A stretch of 64,000 nt of DNA from Massalongia carnosa (Eukaryota): contig OZ287078.1 of assembly GCA_965645245.1 (NCBI GenBank), positions 1,426,001-1,490,000 on the forward strand, read 5' to 3'. Below are positions 46,980 to 60,887 of this stretch, in pieces (the first letter of the stretch is position 1; each line of letters begins with the position of its first letter). The notes beneath the pieces were generated by a model. It was not told the origin of the DNA, did not search any database, and saw nothing but the letters and a program-made list of their open reading frames with translations. The position numbers were made by a program, and so were the translations under genes.

Positions 46980-47989
46980 ATGAACCTTTCTCTCATGTTC
47001 CATGTCTCCTTGGTGACTTTTGCGGGTGTTAATGCGATGCCCAAAATCCTCAACCCCTGGTCTACTGATTACCCAGAGGGTCCTCCATGTACTGGTTACC
47101 CCGAGCCCGGATTCACACCTTCTGAGCTGGAAGGTACCTTGATGAGAGAAATAAAGTGGCTGGGGTGGACCGGGCATCACGTTCCATGCGGAGACTACAT
47201 AAGGATGTGGACAACAGCAGAACGCACCGGTACGCTTCGCCATATGTGCGGGCTACTTCCCCCTCTCCTCTATATTCACCCAAGGATTTACCCTTCTAAC
47301 GGATTTTGTTATTATATTTACAGAGATTGGAGTGGCCTACACTGTGACATGCTGCGCCAGGATAGCATGCGCATCGCCATTCCAAAATTCCTACTGCAAG
47401 GATATATCCGATGACAATAGAGATGCACCGCAATGGGTCAAGTACAATTTTATGAGATGAAATCGGGATGGAACCTTTACTGATATAGCACAGAAACGTA
47501 AACGGGAACAAGTTTTGCCCCGGACATGGGAAACAAGGTTGCTGGGTACACGAGTTTGACAATATCGCATCGACAGGGAGTTTGGACGGAGATAAAGTGG
47601 CAGCCACGATCGATACAAACGGCGATGCCACAAATCCCACAGAACAGCAAGCCATGTCAGGCAACACTTTAGCTCCAGCGAACAACAATCTTCCTAGCGA
47701 TAAACCCCAACAAAGCCCCGAGGGAGACACTGCTTTGGCATCAACGCAAGGCGTAACTCAAGACGGTATGTTCTCGCCGAGCTCAGGAGGAGAGCCTGTT
47801 TTCGATCCAGCCAAAGGTATAACTCAGGACACCGGGAACCCCCCTGTCTCTGGCGGAGATACTACCCTTGCTCCCTCGCAAGACGTTGCCCAAGGAGGCG
47901 ATATCATACCGAATTCCAGCGCAGACGTCTCCGCCTTTACCCCTCCTCCTTCTCAGGATGTCGGCTTGTCTTCGTTCATATCCGGATGA
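46980..47989 (+). CDS. Small secreted Cys-rich protein with a low-complexity repeat tail
   Basis: Signal peptide MNLSLMFHVSLVTFAGVNA. With two introns spliced it reads ..IGVAYTVTCCARIACASPFQNSYCKD..WVK/NVNGNKFCPGHGKQGCWVHEF into ORF 47582..47989, which has ~22-aa G/P/T/Q repeats. Confidence 0.65.
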
Positions 47990-48494
47990 CGGAGACCAGA
48001 AAATTATGCCTCGCTCCGAGCACAACGATGATTGCGATAACCTTGATATACTCGAGCTACTCGTGATATCTTTGGCGTCCTTGATCCGATTATCGATCAA
48101 CAAAGTTTCGGTCCCCCTCTCAAGACTATCGATCCTTTGAATTCACAGCTGCCTAACTTCTCCACACAGGAACGCTGACTCGGAATGGGAACATAAGTCA
48201 TGTCCGAGCATGAGATCTAGGTATCCTATCTCAGTGAACATGGCATATATGAGTCAACGATACGATGAGCGTTAAAAATATTCGAATGCGGCGTTGTGCA
48301 AAAGCTAACATATATAAGCTTTGGATCATTTTTAGATAGGAGTTCTACCCCCTCATTTATATCTACGCAAGCACTTTAGTTTAATCTTTGCCATCTTTCG
48401 AAAACCGTAACTAAGCCATAAAAAATCTAACAAACCATCGAACCCAAGTAACATGTACTTCTGCTCTTTTTCCTTTACTCGTCCATACCTCTCA

Positions 48495-49250
48495 TACTAT
48501 CTATATACATACATACATACCTAACTTAAGCCTCCTCCCAAACTAGATATATCTTCCGCCCCCTTTGCATAGCGAAACACCAACCACGGAATTCCTCCCC
48601 ATCCACCCATCTATCCATCCATCCATATACATCCATTCATCTATTCATATGCATATATACATACCCATCCACCCGTATATACAACCAACTCCCAACCTCC
48701 TCCCCAACCCTCCCCCCATCGCGCCCAGATGCGCCCAAGCCCTATTATTCTTCACCTCAAATCCCGTCACTTTTTGTTTTTTTTTGGATTTGATTTTTCC
48801 CTTCCTCTACCTCCTTCTTCTCCTCTGTTCCCTAAATACGTAGGTGCGAGTGAAGATAGAGAGGGGTGGAAAGACTAGTGGAGGTGAATGAATAGATGGA
48901 TGGATTGGATAGATAGCGTTAATTCCTTCCACTGAGGAACTTGACGGTAAATTGAAACAGATATTATAACATTACCTAACATAGCCTAACATAAAAACCC
49001 CTTTCCCAATTCACGACCGAGGGACGAAAAAAAGCCACGCTCCTAGATGAATAAAAATAAAGAAGATACAGAGGAATAAATTCCCTCTAGGGCCGGGAAA
49101 CAAAGCACAGGAGAAGGAGAAGGAGAAGGCATGGGATGGGATGGACAAGAGCACGACATTTTACGTTATTAGTTATTTACTTCTCTATTCCGTCCCGTAC
49201 TAGGCATTCTTTCGATTTTTTGGGATGGATGAATGAATGGATGGATGTAA
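48495..49250. repeat. Low-complexity/microsatellite-rich region ((CATA)n, (CATC)n, (GGAT)n, (GAGAAG)n)
   Basis: Short degenerate tetranucleotide and hexanucleotide runs. Confidence 0.6.
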
Positions 49251-51025
49251 GTATGTTTGTTAGTTCTTACTATTTTACGTATATACCCACAATGTATCGC
49301 ACCGATTGAGATTTATTCAATGTCCATCCATGGATTCTCTCAATTCGCCCCCCTATCCAGACATTCATTTTTTTAAAAAATTTGTGCCCACATCTATTTT
49401 GATGTCAATATGAAGGGATGTCTTGCTCAGTGTGGTTTTTCCCTATCCTGCCTTTTCATTCATCACATACTTTTCCCTTATTGCAATACCGAAATCACAA
49501 GCGTCGCATGCTCCGATGCTGGTTATTTCGGGTTTTAAGTTGATATGAACGCGTCATCATCATCATCAATCTTATGAATAGTTGACTGAAAGGGCAAACC
49601 GAACTTTGGGGATATTTTCAGCTTTTTCCGCTGTCAGATACATACATAACTCAGCACTTGCAGCTTAAGATGAGTTGAGTTCTTATGAAAGTCTGGAGTT
49701 ATATACCTCCTCACATTACCATGATTCCAGGATGAATAGGTGATAGGTGAGCTGTCTATCTGTCTTAGCCGTGCTGCTTGCTGGTTAGATTCTAATCTTC
49801 AAAAGTGCAGTCAGCATGCGAAACTTGGCAGAGCTATTTTGGATGTTTGACGTGAAAGCACTTAACGACATAGATCGCCCCAAATCATCGCAAATCCGTA
49901 TTTGTTAATGTTACTTCAAACTCAAGTGTACGTTGTGCGGTAAATGGTGTGAACTGTCAACAACCATGATGGGGAGGAAGAACAAGAGTCTTTCCCACTT
50001 TTGAAGCATAGTTACTCAGTGCTTTGCCGAATTGCTGTATTTATGCCCTTCTTGGGCAAAGCCGTTGAGCTGGGTTTTCGTTTGATCAGCAGAATTCCTT
50101 TTTTATTGGCTGTTATCCATGTCACTTATAACGTCGAGGAGGTTTGTTTTATTCGTCGGTGTCCAGCAAAAACGGCATCTAATTGGAAAAAATCGGGATA
50201 ATTAGCTTCAGGCTGAAAACGTCAAGGTCATTAAGGAGTTCCAAATTATTGTTAATAGTCACTGATAGATCATAAGTAGCATGAGAATATGACGCGCCGG
50301 GGGCGAAAGTTGTTTCGGAAAAGAGATGATGCCTGTTGCATTCCAGCCCGGGCGAAGCACAGATGGGTATCACAGTGGCGACCTTTGAGATGATAGTGCC
50401 TAGTGCGCGCTTCACGTCCAACGATGCTTAGGACATTAGAGGCTGCTTCAAGAAGAATAACACACGTCGGGTAAACTTACGTTGAACAAAGGGCCTTTGT
50501 TAAAGCTTACAATGTGTTCTTCCGGAGTGTATCTCCTTATGTCTCCTTGAGGACAATTAGACACTGGAAGAAATACTCGGAGACAAAGGCAAGGCGGGCA
50601 GAGGAAAGAAGGATTCTCGGAAACAAGAACGCTGCCTTGCAACTGGGTGTCAGTTTTGTCAAATACCTTCCTGACCTCCATATAAATGATTCCGATGAGT
50701 ACTTGAGAAATAACAACACGGCACCAAGTAGACAAGTGCTGGTTTATTGCCTGAATACTTCTTGCGCGTACCGTTAAAACGCGGTGTGGTGTTGCTATTC
50801 TTCTGGCTGTTTCTTCGTCCCAACACTATTGTTGCTCGATCATTCAACATACTGTATTAACACTAAAAACTCAGCCTCCCTTGCATCGAGCATACTTGTT
50901 ACCTTTCTCCACTTCATATCTTGTACTTTTGCTCTGTGCTCTTTCAGTCATCAAACTCATCGTTAACCAATTCTTGATAAAATCTCTGGATAAAACCTCT
51001 TGAAATCAGTCATCTTACCAGGATA

Positions 51026-52805
51026 ATGGCACGGCTTCCTAAGTCGGTTGGCATCAAGCAGGCCCATTACAGTACAACTCTATCTTCGCATTCTCGTGGG
51101 ACTGTCAGGAGGATGAAGATGAATACCCTCGAGCTTGCTAAGAAACAAGTCAATGATGGACTCGATGGGACCAACGAGTCGAATAATGACAGTAAGCTCG
51201 ATACTCTGGATTGTTTTATGCTTTCAACTCTGACGTAGATTAGGTGATGATTGCGGCTCCATAGTGGAATACTCCACACGTGCTACTACTCGTAAGCCGT
51301 CAACTGCGGTTTAGAGCTGTTTCAACCTTGGATCGATACTAATTCAGTTCCTGATTGCGAAGACACAGATGTTTCTGATGTCGAGCCGAAGTTTGCTTTG
51401 GGCAGAAACCAATCTTCAACCAGCAACAAAGCGCCTAGGAGAAGCGATATGAAAAGTCCAAATACCGTGTATCGTCCTCGTGGAATGATCAAGACTGATG
51501 ATGATGGCTTCGTTTTTTGGCGTGAACAAACCAAGGACACATGGAGTAAGATTGAGCTGCTTTATCTCTATACCATTCAAGTGTAGATGCTCATGATTTG
51601 CAGAGCCAGCAGTGTACCATAATGACATCCGAGCACAGTTGCTTACAGCACGTGCAATAGAAGGACAATATCGTAAGGCACCCATGACTTGGACAGATCC
51701 AACCCTCGCAAAATCAGAAAGACTAATTGGAATAGATTACCCCCGTGAGGTAGGTAGGGCACCCACCGATATTACAGCATTTCACAAGGATCAAGAGTAT
51801 TGGGGGTTCGAGCGCCACCAACGTCCAGATATCCTGCATCAGTATGAGAAGAGAGATCACAAGAACCCCAGTTACGACGTGAAAATCTGGATTCACAACG
51901 GATGTGTCGTCCTTGACTACGACAACCATCCCATCCTTAATTTTAGGAACATCCCAGACACCTTATCCTCCAAACTAGAAGGTGGTCTTCAGGAAGCAAT
52001 CATGCGCGAAGACGCTCGTATTGATGTCAAAGATTTTCGTGTCCGCATGCCAATCGATCCGAAAAACAAGGGGCAGATGTCACTACCAACAAATAGCGCC
52101 ATCAGTATGCGCCGCTCCCGCTTTCGCTGGAAAGCAGGTTACATTTCCTGGACCAAGCGAACCGGATGGGTGGATATCAAGAACTATTTGGACAACTTGC
52201 TTCCAAAGGAGTGCCACTTGGCAAACGACACCCGCAACTTCCGCGAACTCAAGCGCTCCGAAGTCAAGAAAATGGCCTTGATGAACCGCGGAAGATTTCT
52301 CGAGCGCGCCGGAAACCGCAGCATCACCGTGGCGGAACGCGAAAAAATGGATCAGTACTTTCAAAGGAGCATCGACATTGCAGAAGAGTACGAACAGTTG
52401 GTTGAATCCATGGTCGAGGAAGAGACGGGCGACTCTGAGATGGATGAAGACGAGGATATAGGCGTCATGCAGGTGGATGACGATGAAGACATGAGCGACA
52501 GTCAGTTAGTAGAAGATTACCGTTTTAAGACACCGCAGACTCGTCACGAACAGGCCATCGTGGGCAGAGCCACCATTCCGGCTCGTCGCAATTACCTGCA
52601 TATCACCGGGCATATCCCCCCTGCTACTATCAGCACGGACAACTACGCCATGCAGTGGAATTATTTGCAGGCCAGTTTGATGAGGTGGTGGGAGAAGCAG
52701 AATCCAGATGACGATGCGGAGGACGCGCCAGCTGCGCCAGTCTTGGCTCGCGCATACGAATGGTATGGTGGGTTCCCAGATTCCTTCGATGACGATTATG
52801 ATTAG
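51026..52805 (+). CDS. Uncharacterised family protein, paralog 2 (core + C-terminal domain)
   Basis: GMIKTDDDGFVFW / PAVYHNDIRAQLL..GQY / DITAF..WG..WIHNGCVVLD..FRNIPDTLSSKLEG..DARI..DFRVRMP..SAISMRRSRFR..SWTKRTG..NRGRFLERA; acidic linker; C-terminal domain. A 63-nt in-frame intron lies at 51673-51735. 5' exons are tentative. Confidence 0.8.
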
Positions 52806-53645
52806 GTTCGTCTTACCGAGGGCCAAAGGAAGGCATCATTCAGATTTTTCTATTTTATGGATGTATTGTCTGTATACATGTCAAACAGTGCGCTATGTGG
52901 AAGCGAGATTGTACGAAGGAAGATCCTGTGTTGGATAAAAGGTTTTCGACGATGCAGCACGGCCTGGCCACGCCGAGACCATATCAAACACCTATCATTT
53001 GTCCTGCGCTTTACATAGCCGTATACTCTCCTTTCGAGTCATCGAAGCACGAGGGAAGCCCCATTACATGTTGAGATCCGTCTTTCACAAAAGGCGTGTC
53101 TTCAAGAGCGTCGTCCTTTGTTCTGAATCTTTCCCTCGTATCCCCGCTTCAGCCCTGGCTTCTAGACGAACACGATGAGAGCTGTTAGTTAGATAGTCAA
53201 TGAAACAACGAGCTGTACAAAGCCCATCATCATTTGCAGAGAGCGAGAATGAAAGCTTGAAAGATATTGATGTCGAGACTTGGCGCTTGGCGCGCGCGCA
53301 AGGAGCTCCTCGTACATTTCAGGTTAGCCTACAAGTGAACATATCCTAATTAAAAGATGCGATTGTGTGAATACTACTCAGATGGATTTATTTCTCATCT
53401 TTAGTATATCTGGAGACCGCAATCACAAAAGTCACTTAATTTCTTCTCTTAATCTTGTGCCTGACGTTGTAAATTCTCGCTTTTCCATGTCTTAGTCTGC
53501 GGGGTAGTTGATCAATTCAAGGAGTTGAATCGTATTCATTGCTTGATAATTAGAACCTAGTAAAATTTGCCGTGTATCGCAAATCTACTTCACTGATCGA
53601 GTCTCCCTAACTTGAAAGGACTAGTGACATAGATATTTTGGTTAG

Positions 53646-53682
53646 AGTGTGTGTGTGTGTGAGAGAAAGAGAGAGAGGGAGA
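53646..53682 (+). repeat. (GT)n(GA)n microsatellite
   Basis: gtgtgtgtgtgtgtgagagaaagagagagagggaga. Confidence 0.8.
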
Positions 53683-56360
53683 TAGTATACGGATATGCCG
53701 TACTTTTGTACAATTCGCTTTACAAGCTTTCTCGTGGCTGAGTATCCCTTGGATTGATACCTACTCGACCATTATCTTTCTACATGCAACGCCAAATACG
53801 TTCACGCCCATCATGCTACCGCTTCAGCTCTTCTTTCTTAGGACACTCTGGGCACCTAGAGAATAGATGTGCTACAGAATGCAGCACGCGCAGCTTCGAC
53901 GGCGCCCTACTCCGCTAGACAGCAAATTGTTGGCCCCACTAGAAAACATCTATTTGGCAGCGCCGTACCCGTATTACCATTCCAGCCTTGCCGATGATAT
54001 CGAATCTCCAACTCCCCTATGAAATATTTATCGCCCGGCCATTTTTCCCTTTAGAAATAAAGCTGGCAAAAACCTCTACCTCCTCAAATATAATATTCAA
54101 TGCAGAGTTCCATGACAGCATATTCATCCTCGTGAGCAATGCTCTGGTTGATTGGGTTGATGATGTTCTGCCTCAGCGTACTACGGTTGAGTATGGTGTT
54201 TTTTTTCGATCCTTTAGGCAGGTGTCTATCACTGGCTCAGCGGAATGTATCGACCCAAGCATTCGACAATCGATAGTCAACGCCTAATTTTTAGGATCAT
54301 GGGTAGACTCAGCGATAAAGTGTAGAGGGTGGAGAGTAACGTCAATTCGTTGTATCAGGCAGGATAACTCGCTCTGAGGCTGCTTCGATATCACATGAAT
54401 AATCCTACTAGAAAATATTGGTTCTACCGCCGAATAATCTCCAGTACCCTACGCTCATTCTCGTCGTCCTGATGTCAGTGCAGTCTTAACCATATCACCG
54501 TAAAGCCATCAGGTCTGGAAAGAAAACCCAAGAGTCAGGGAAGGGAATTATGAAGTGACGAAACCGAACTAGACATATGAGGATATGCCGGAGGTATGTG
54601 AGGTTGATGATGGTTGATGCAGTATATGAGGATATGAATGAATTCGCAGATTGGTTTGAAGGAAGTAATCGGCAGTAAAGACGAACTAGTTACCATTTAC
54701 CATTTTAGTAAGATAGAAGGCAAATGGATAGTACCACGCTCTTCGCTATCAATTTTCCTATTCAGCCAATCCAGATCCAGGATGATGGCGGCCCTCAAAA
54801 CCGCGAAAGAACAATGGCAAAATTCCCTGCCTAGGTAAGATGAGTGATATAGCACAAAACTAAGAAAATGATGGGAAAGGGCAAATAAAGATATCGAGTA
54901 CGGAAAATAAACAAAGAACCTGGACAAAGAATAAAACAATGGATTCACCACGAGTAAAGATAAATGTCCAATAAAGAGGTTATAAAGATCGAGTCTCTTA
55001 GAGGGCATTGAGACCTTATGAGCCCCCGGGGAATCGGCCACCGCTGCATCTCTTTCCCACCAAACCATACAACCGAACATACATCACACCACAACCAGGC
55101 CAGATGGTGACGACGAGGACGGGGACTAAGCGTACGTTCACCCGTCGATTGCTCAAGATTCAGGGATTGTGATAAATTGTAACGAGCAGCGCGGAGAAAG
55201 GAGGATGGTACAAAGCCGAAGGATGTGGTTGGACTCAGGTCCCCTTGATGGCTAGGCTGGTGGCAGACAACGAAGGACGGAGCAGACAAGAGCGGCGGAT
55301 GGCTCGGGGCTTTGGGTATCCGGAACTCTTTTTCGAGGGGCCCATATGATGATAGTGATGATCGGTTTAAGATGGAGAGTCGGCTATCTATCGAAGTCAG
55401 TCACGTTTGCTCCTCGGCGAGCGTAGTTTCGGAACGAGGAACATACTGAGGTGAAAGCGAGGCAACACCTCCTCTCCTAAGGACGACAACATTCCCTTCT
55501 CGAGATAATGCTTGAGATCATTCGCAAGGGATTATGATTCTATGTCTTCCCTTTGTATCGCCGATCGGCAGCAGTCTTCTCATATCATGCATAGGCAAAA
55601 ATGTAGAGAAATACTTGTTATACTATACGAAACAGCTTGTTATACTACCGCATATATATACTAAATATCGTCACTTATTCTTCTCTCAGGGCGTTCTTTG
55701 TTGAAACCCCCTATATGGGATTTGAGAATTCCTTGATATATCACATAATGATCGGTAAACTCGTTCTTTGACCTGGCACAACTTTGCTTGTCACAACAAC
55801 ATTCAAGATATCTTGTTGTCAAAGGGGGGGGTGGTTGCCAAATTTTCCTCCGTGGAGCGAACCAGAAGTAAACATGGCGATGGAGTACGCACCCCGACCG
55901 TGGGAATCATCACTGCTGGCCGGTTTCTTGTATAAATCTCCGAAACTTATATTTGTTTTCTTTCCTTCCCTTCACACTTGGCTGCTTGTATTCCTCGTTG
56001 GCATCGATATTTTTTCAAGCATCTGCCTGAGTCATCGATTCATTCTTAAGCATACCGATACCATCTTGGAGCCATCAAGGACCTCGGTAAGTCATTCCCT
56101 CTTCCTGTTTTCATCTGCTCCTTATTGTGTGATACCTTGATGCACATACAATGTACCGCATTCCCCTTCAGCATCAAGTCATATACATGGCCAACCTCCA
56201 ATAGCATATTGGCTGATGATGTTTCATTGTTTTCCGCACCATCATACCCCATTCTAATCAAATATTCATTCTAGGACAACTAACATTTTATCTTTCATAG
56301 GCCATCCACCGCTAGCGAACCCCTATTATCTGAAGATCATATCAGATAAAAAGGAATCAG

Positions 56361-59300
56361 ATGTACTCCCGCGGTCTTTCCTTCGCTGGCCTTGGTGAGT
56401 ATCAAGAAACACCCATAAATTTTTTTGAAAAGAAATTGATACCGTGGATAGGGGCCAATAAACCCATGAATAACACCAGCTTTAATTCTCATCGAACTCT
56501 TCAGCAACAAATCCAGCCAAGAATAGGCACTGCAGGTCTTGGACCTCAATACTACCAGCCTCTTCTTGATGGTAAGCTGATGGAATATCAAAACGTAAGA
56601 AAAATGCTAACTTAAGATAGAAAACCATCGACCGGTTGACGAAGAAGAGCTAGGGCGCTTCCTGAGAGCTGAAGGTAAGTCATCGTCCCTCTCTCAGGTA
56701 GGGTTGCTAACTGTACGTAGTGAACGAACCGGATCATAGTCTTTTTGCACAGGAACCACTGGATGGCATCTCCTTGGGCTATCAGAACCCATCAGCTAAC
56801 CAACAAAGAAACGCCCAAGAAACCCACGCAACCCTGGTGCCAACTAAAACCGAACCATATCGCAACCAAAGCTTCCCCACTTTTCAAATTCCTTTGTATG
56901 AAGGTGGTCGAGAGAATTCTAGCGACGTTACAAGAAATTTTGTAAGAAATGAATCTTCGGGCTACCAATACGAACAGACGTATCATGGTTACCCGGATAG
57001 TTATCTGGGAAACAATGCGATAGGAAATTGGCCTCAAAAAAATAACTTGCAAGGGAATGGATCCAAATGGAATGCTCAGCCACAGAAAGCTCCTCAAGGA
57101 AACAGTTATCCGGAATATGGATCTCAGGGCTTCGGGTTTCAAGGGAACGAATATCCAGCAAATGGCTTTCAAGGAATCGGGTATCTTGATAATGTATATC
57201 CAGCAAATCAGATTCAAGGAACCAACTTTCGAGACAGCTGGCGGCAACAACTGCAAAGCAACTTCCCAACTGCGGAGCAGATCCAACAACTTCAGTACCA
57301 AGACAACCTTGCCTATAATCCTCCATGCAACAAAAGTCCCAAGCTCAATCCTCGCCATAGCATGTTTCAAGAACCGCGTGCAATTGGGTACAATTACGAT
57401 CTCAGCCACGGGGGTGCGACATTCCAATTCCACGAATACGAGGGGAGCCAATCGAGTGGGTTGCAGTCTTACGGAGTATATGGAGACTCCGTGGACGACG
57501 CGATTCCAGAGGTTGATTTAACAGAAAAGGAGCCACGAGGTATCGTTGGTGAAGGAGGTTGGGTTGACTTGGCAGTACTTCCGAGGATTCCTTCTAGAGA
57601 GTTGGGATTTCGGAATCGTCAACCAGCGCCTCCTAGAAATCCTCTTATAGAGCCTAATTTTCAGTATCCCACCCTACCGAGAGACGAATTCGATTACATC
57701 ATTCCAGTAGTTCCAAGCAGTCCGAACTATGAGGGAATGAATATCAAGAACTCGGATTTTCAAAATACCTTGTACAACAGTCCGGACAGTAAAGAACAGG
57801 AAGAACAGGTAGAGGCTGACGGGTTTGAAGATCAAGACAACGACGACGGCTTCGGCTTGGACGATGAGGAAGGCGGAAGCGAAGAAGAGCGTATTGCTAG
57901 TTCAACGACGGAGAAAGGCAAGAGCCAGAGTTCCCGAAATCGTAAGTGACCTATGTGAAACTATCAGGCTTGATTACTAACCTATCGCAGGACCAACAAA
58001 CTCAACAGCGAGTCCCTCCTCACAGAGCTACAATCCTCTCACAGGAAAGAGAAAGGCCCTGACTCGCCAAGAAAGGAAAGCACGCGTAAAGGGTATTCCC
58101 GGGTCTGACGGCATTACATCGGCTGGAGAAGTACGGACTTTAGCCGACGGGAGTTTGGTGTGGAAGAGTGGAACGGGCTGGGGTAAGTTCTTGCTTCTCC
58201 GATTATGTGGCTAAACGCTGACCTCGTTACAGTGCCTGCCGTCTACCACAACACAATTCGACCCCGACTGATTCAAGAGATGGCGTCGGTGGGGAGCTAT
58301 GGTAAGTCTTCCAGCCAGTTTTTACTGAACATAACTAATGGAGACAGACAACCCACGGGCATGCGGTCGGGGCGAATGGGATATAACAAGCTACCACCCA
58401 CCCCATAAGGCGTGGGGACCGAGTCGCGTAAACGACTGGCCCTACATGCCCGGGAAGCTTCTTTTCCGTCTGGAACGCAAGGGATACCCAGTGCCAACAT
58501 ATAAGCCCCCGATTTGGCATGATAAAGGCCATGTGGTACTTGATGGAGACAACATGCCTCTTAAGAAATATCACAACATGCCGCTCACGCTCTCGTCGCA
58601 GGTAGAAGGATATCTCATTGAGCAGATGCGTCGTGAGGATATCAGGATAAGCCGCAAGGATATATGTGCCAGAATGCCTCTTCAAAAGGTCAATTCCAAG
58701 GGCAATCTAGTCCGGGGGGCGGGTTTAACAGCCATAGGAATGCGATCGACACGGTTTCGAATGGAGCAAGCTTGCGTTGCATGGACCAAGAGAGAGGGTA
58801 CTGACACTATCTGCGATTACATCAAGGGACTGTTGTCAAAAGAAGGTCTCGAGGCAAACTCGACGGAGGAGCTGCCCGGATTGACACCCCGGCAGCAGGC
58901 GGAAGCTAAACGACCAAACAAGGGCAAATACCTCTCACGGGCAGGACCACGAGCCCTCTCGCCACAGACACGTCTTGAAAGAGATCAGCTTGACGAGGCC
59001 AGACTGAATAGATTGGACGCCAACTCGACTGGCGTTAAGCGTAAGCGAGATAGTCGCGAGTACTCGGGGCTTGGTCCATCAACGATTCAGGGTCAAGAGA
59101 GCCTTGAGTTTGCCACATTGAGAATGGATGACCAAACTGTCCCAGCGCCAAAGAAAATGAGAACTCAATCCATGCCGGTTCTCGGGAATGATTTAGCGGG
59201 ACCGTCACGGTTGCACGGTCATGAATCTGGAGGAGCAGGCGGAGGCAATTCTAGACCTCTTCAATTCGACGCCCAATCGCATCAGTCCTTTTTACCACTG

Positions 59301-59807
59301 CTTACAACTAGCCAGACATACCTACCGATGAACAACTCAAGTCTAGGCGATATCGGATACAGGAGTCACTCTTCTGGCTCTTTTGTGGAAGACCCGTTGT
59401 CTCGACAAGAAAACTTAGATTCTCAATTGAGCCAACAATTCAGGCGAACCGGAGGTAATGAGGAACGGCATGAGCTTAATGAGCACACCAATAACTATAC
59501 CATCAATCCACCGGAAGGTGCCGTGGACTATAGATATGTCCGTCCGAACACCGACGAGGAGATCGAGCTTGTCTCACAGGCCCTCGTTAACACGTGGATG
59601 GAGTTCTCCAATCTCTCCGGACGTATCGCATCTAACACACCAAGTCATGAAAGTTATGCTGTCCAGTACGATTTGCTAGAGCAGGAATTCTCCAGAATAT
59701 GGCGAGGGCAAGGTCCGCCGCCTCGGCTGACAAATGTGGGTCCTTGGAAGGATGGGTTTCACTCTTGCCCAGATCTATACTACGTCGATATCTTTGGAGG
59801 TCTATAG
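56361..59807 (+). CDS. Uncharacterised family protein, paralog 3 (Q/N/G/Y-rich N-terminus + core + C-terminal domain)
   Basis: Multi-exon. ORF 56720..57949 is low complexity, then GEVRTLADGSLVW / PAVYHNTIRPRLI..GSY / DITSY..WG..WHDKGHVVLD..MPLTLSSQVEG..DIRI..DICARMP..AIGMRSTRFR..WTKREG..NKGKYLSRA; basic GVKRKR and PKKMR motifs; C-terminal domain. Start codon uncertain. Confidence 0.8.
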
Positions 59808-60887
59808 GCTCTCGACAAGGCTTCGAGGTTAGAAAAAAAAGCTGTATTTTGAATTCGAGACTGGTGTTGGGTGGTAAAGGAAGTTGGAATAAAACGGATG
59901 GTACCTACCATGTAGCATGCGTAAGAAATGGAGCTATCAGTATGAACAACGACATAACGATTTTCTAGAAGGTTGAATAGATTGTTAAGACTTTTTCCAA
60001 GCGTAAATAAATATCTCTCAAACACAGAAGAATATGTCTTAAACCTCGTTCTTTTACAAGGTCAGTTTTTTTTTCGACAAGCGTGCCTTGAAAGGTGATT
60101 TCAAATAATACGTGGAAGAGTCCCAATTAATCTTATTTGAGGGCTTATCACTTTCGCAACATCAGCAGTCTTAACGGAAAAGAAAAGGTGTTGAAAAGGC
60201 TAACGGTCGACTTGACCATTTTACCGCAACTGTTTCTTTTCATTTGCGGTGATTCCGTTTTCAAAGAGGAATCCAAGCGGATAGCAGTTATACCTCGATT
60301 AGCAATAATAATTTTCCAAATCTCTACTCAAGAAATCCTAGCGACAAGTAGCTGACCATGAGACAGTATGGGAAAGCATATTTCTTAAATAAGTGCCTAG
60401 ATCCTGCCTGGAGACTAATCTTTACGTTCAATACCCCGTTTCTGAGAGCGCAGATGTTTATGAAGCACTCTTGGTTCATTAACTTGATAGGCAGTCTCTT
60501 AACTCTTAAATCACTCTCTATAACATCACGGGCTCCAGTGATTTTTCCCACATATCGGCAAAATTTTTGAGTGAGCCGCTCTAATCACACTTGTAACACT
60601 TTCTCATGCTCCGGATGATACCTACTTAGTTAAGATTCCCAGAAAAGCCGTACTTAGGCAGCGTTGAAACAGCAGGGACGATGGACCGACCGATTCTCGT
60701 GTCCATGGCAATTAGCTATAGAAAGGACATGAAAATGATGCAGCTGTGAATACCCAAAGGTTTCCAAAAAGCCTGTTATATTCTTCCACTGGTTATACAA
60801 TTACCCCTAGTATTCTTTTTAGTATATTTGCAAGATCTTTAACCTGCATTCGTCAAAGTGGCGAGAATACCATATTTGTATATCAAC

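Noticed and set aside
53000..56300. Short ORFs between paralogs 2 and 3
   Set aside because: Low-complexity or stop-rich, with no coherent gene model.
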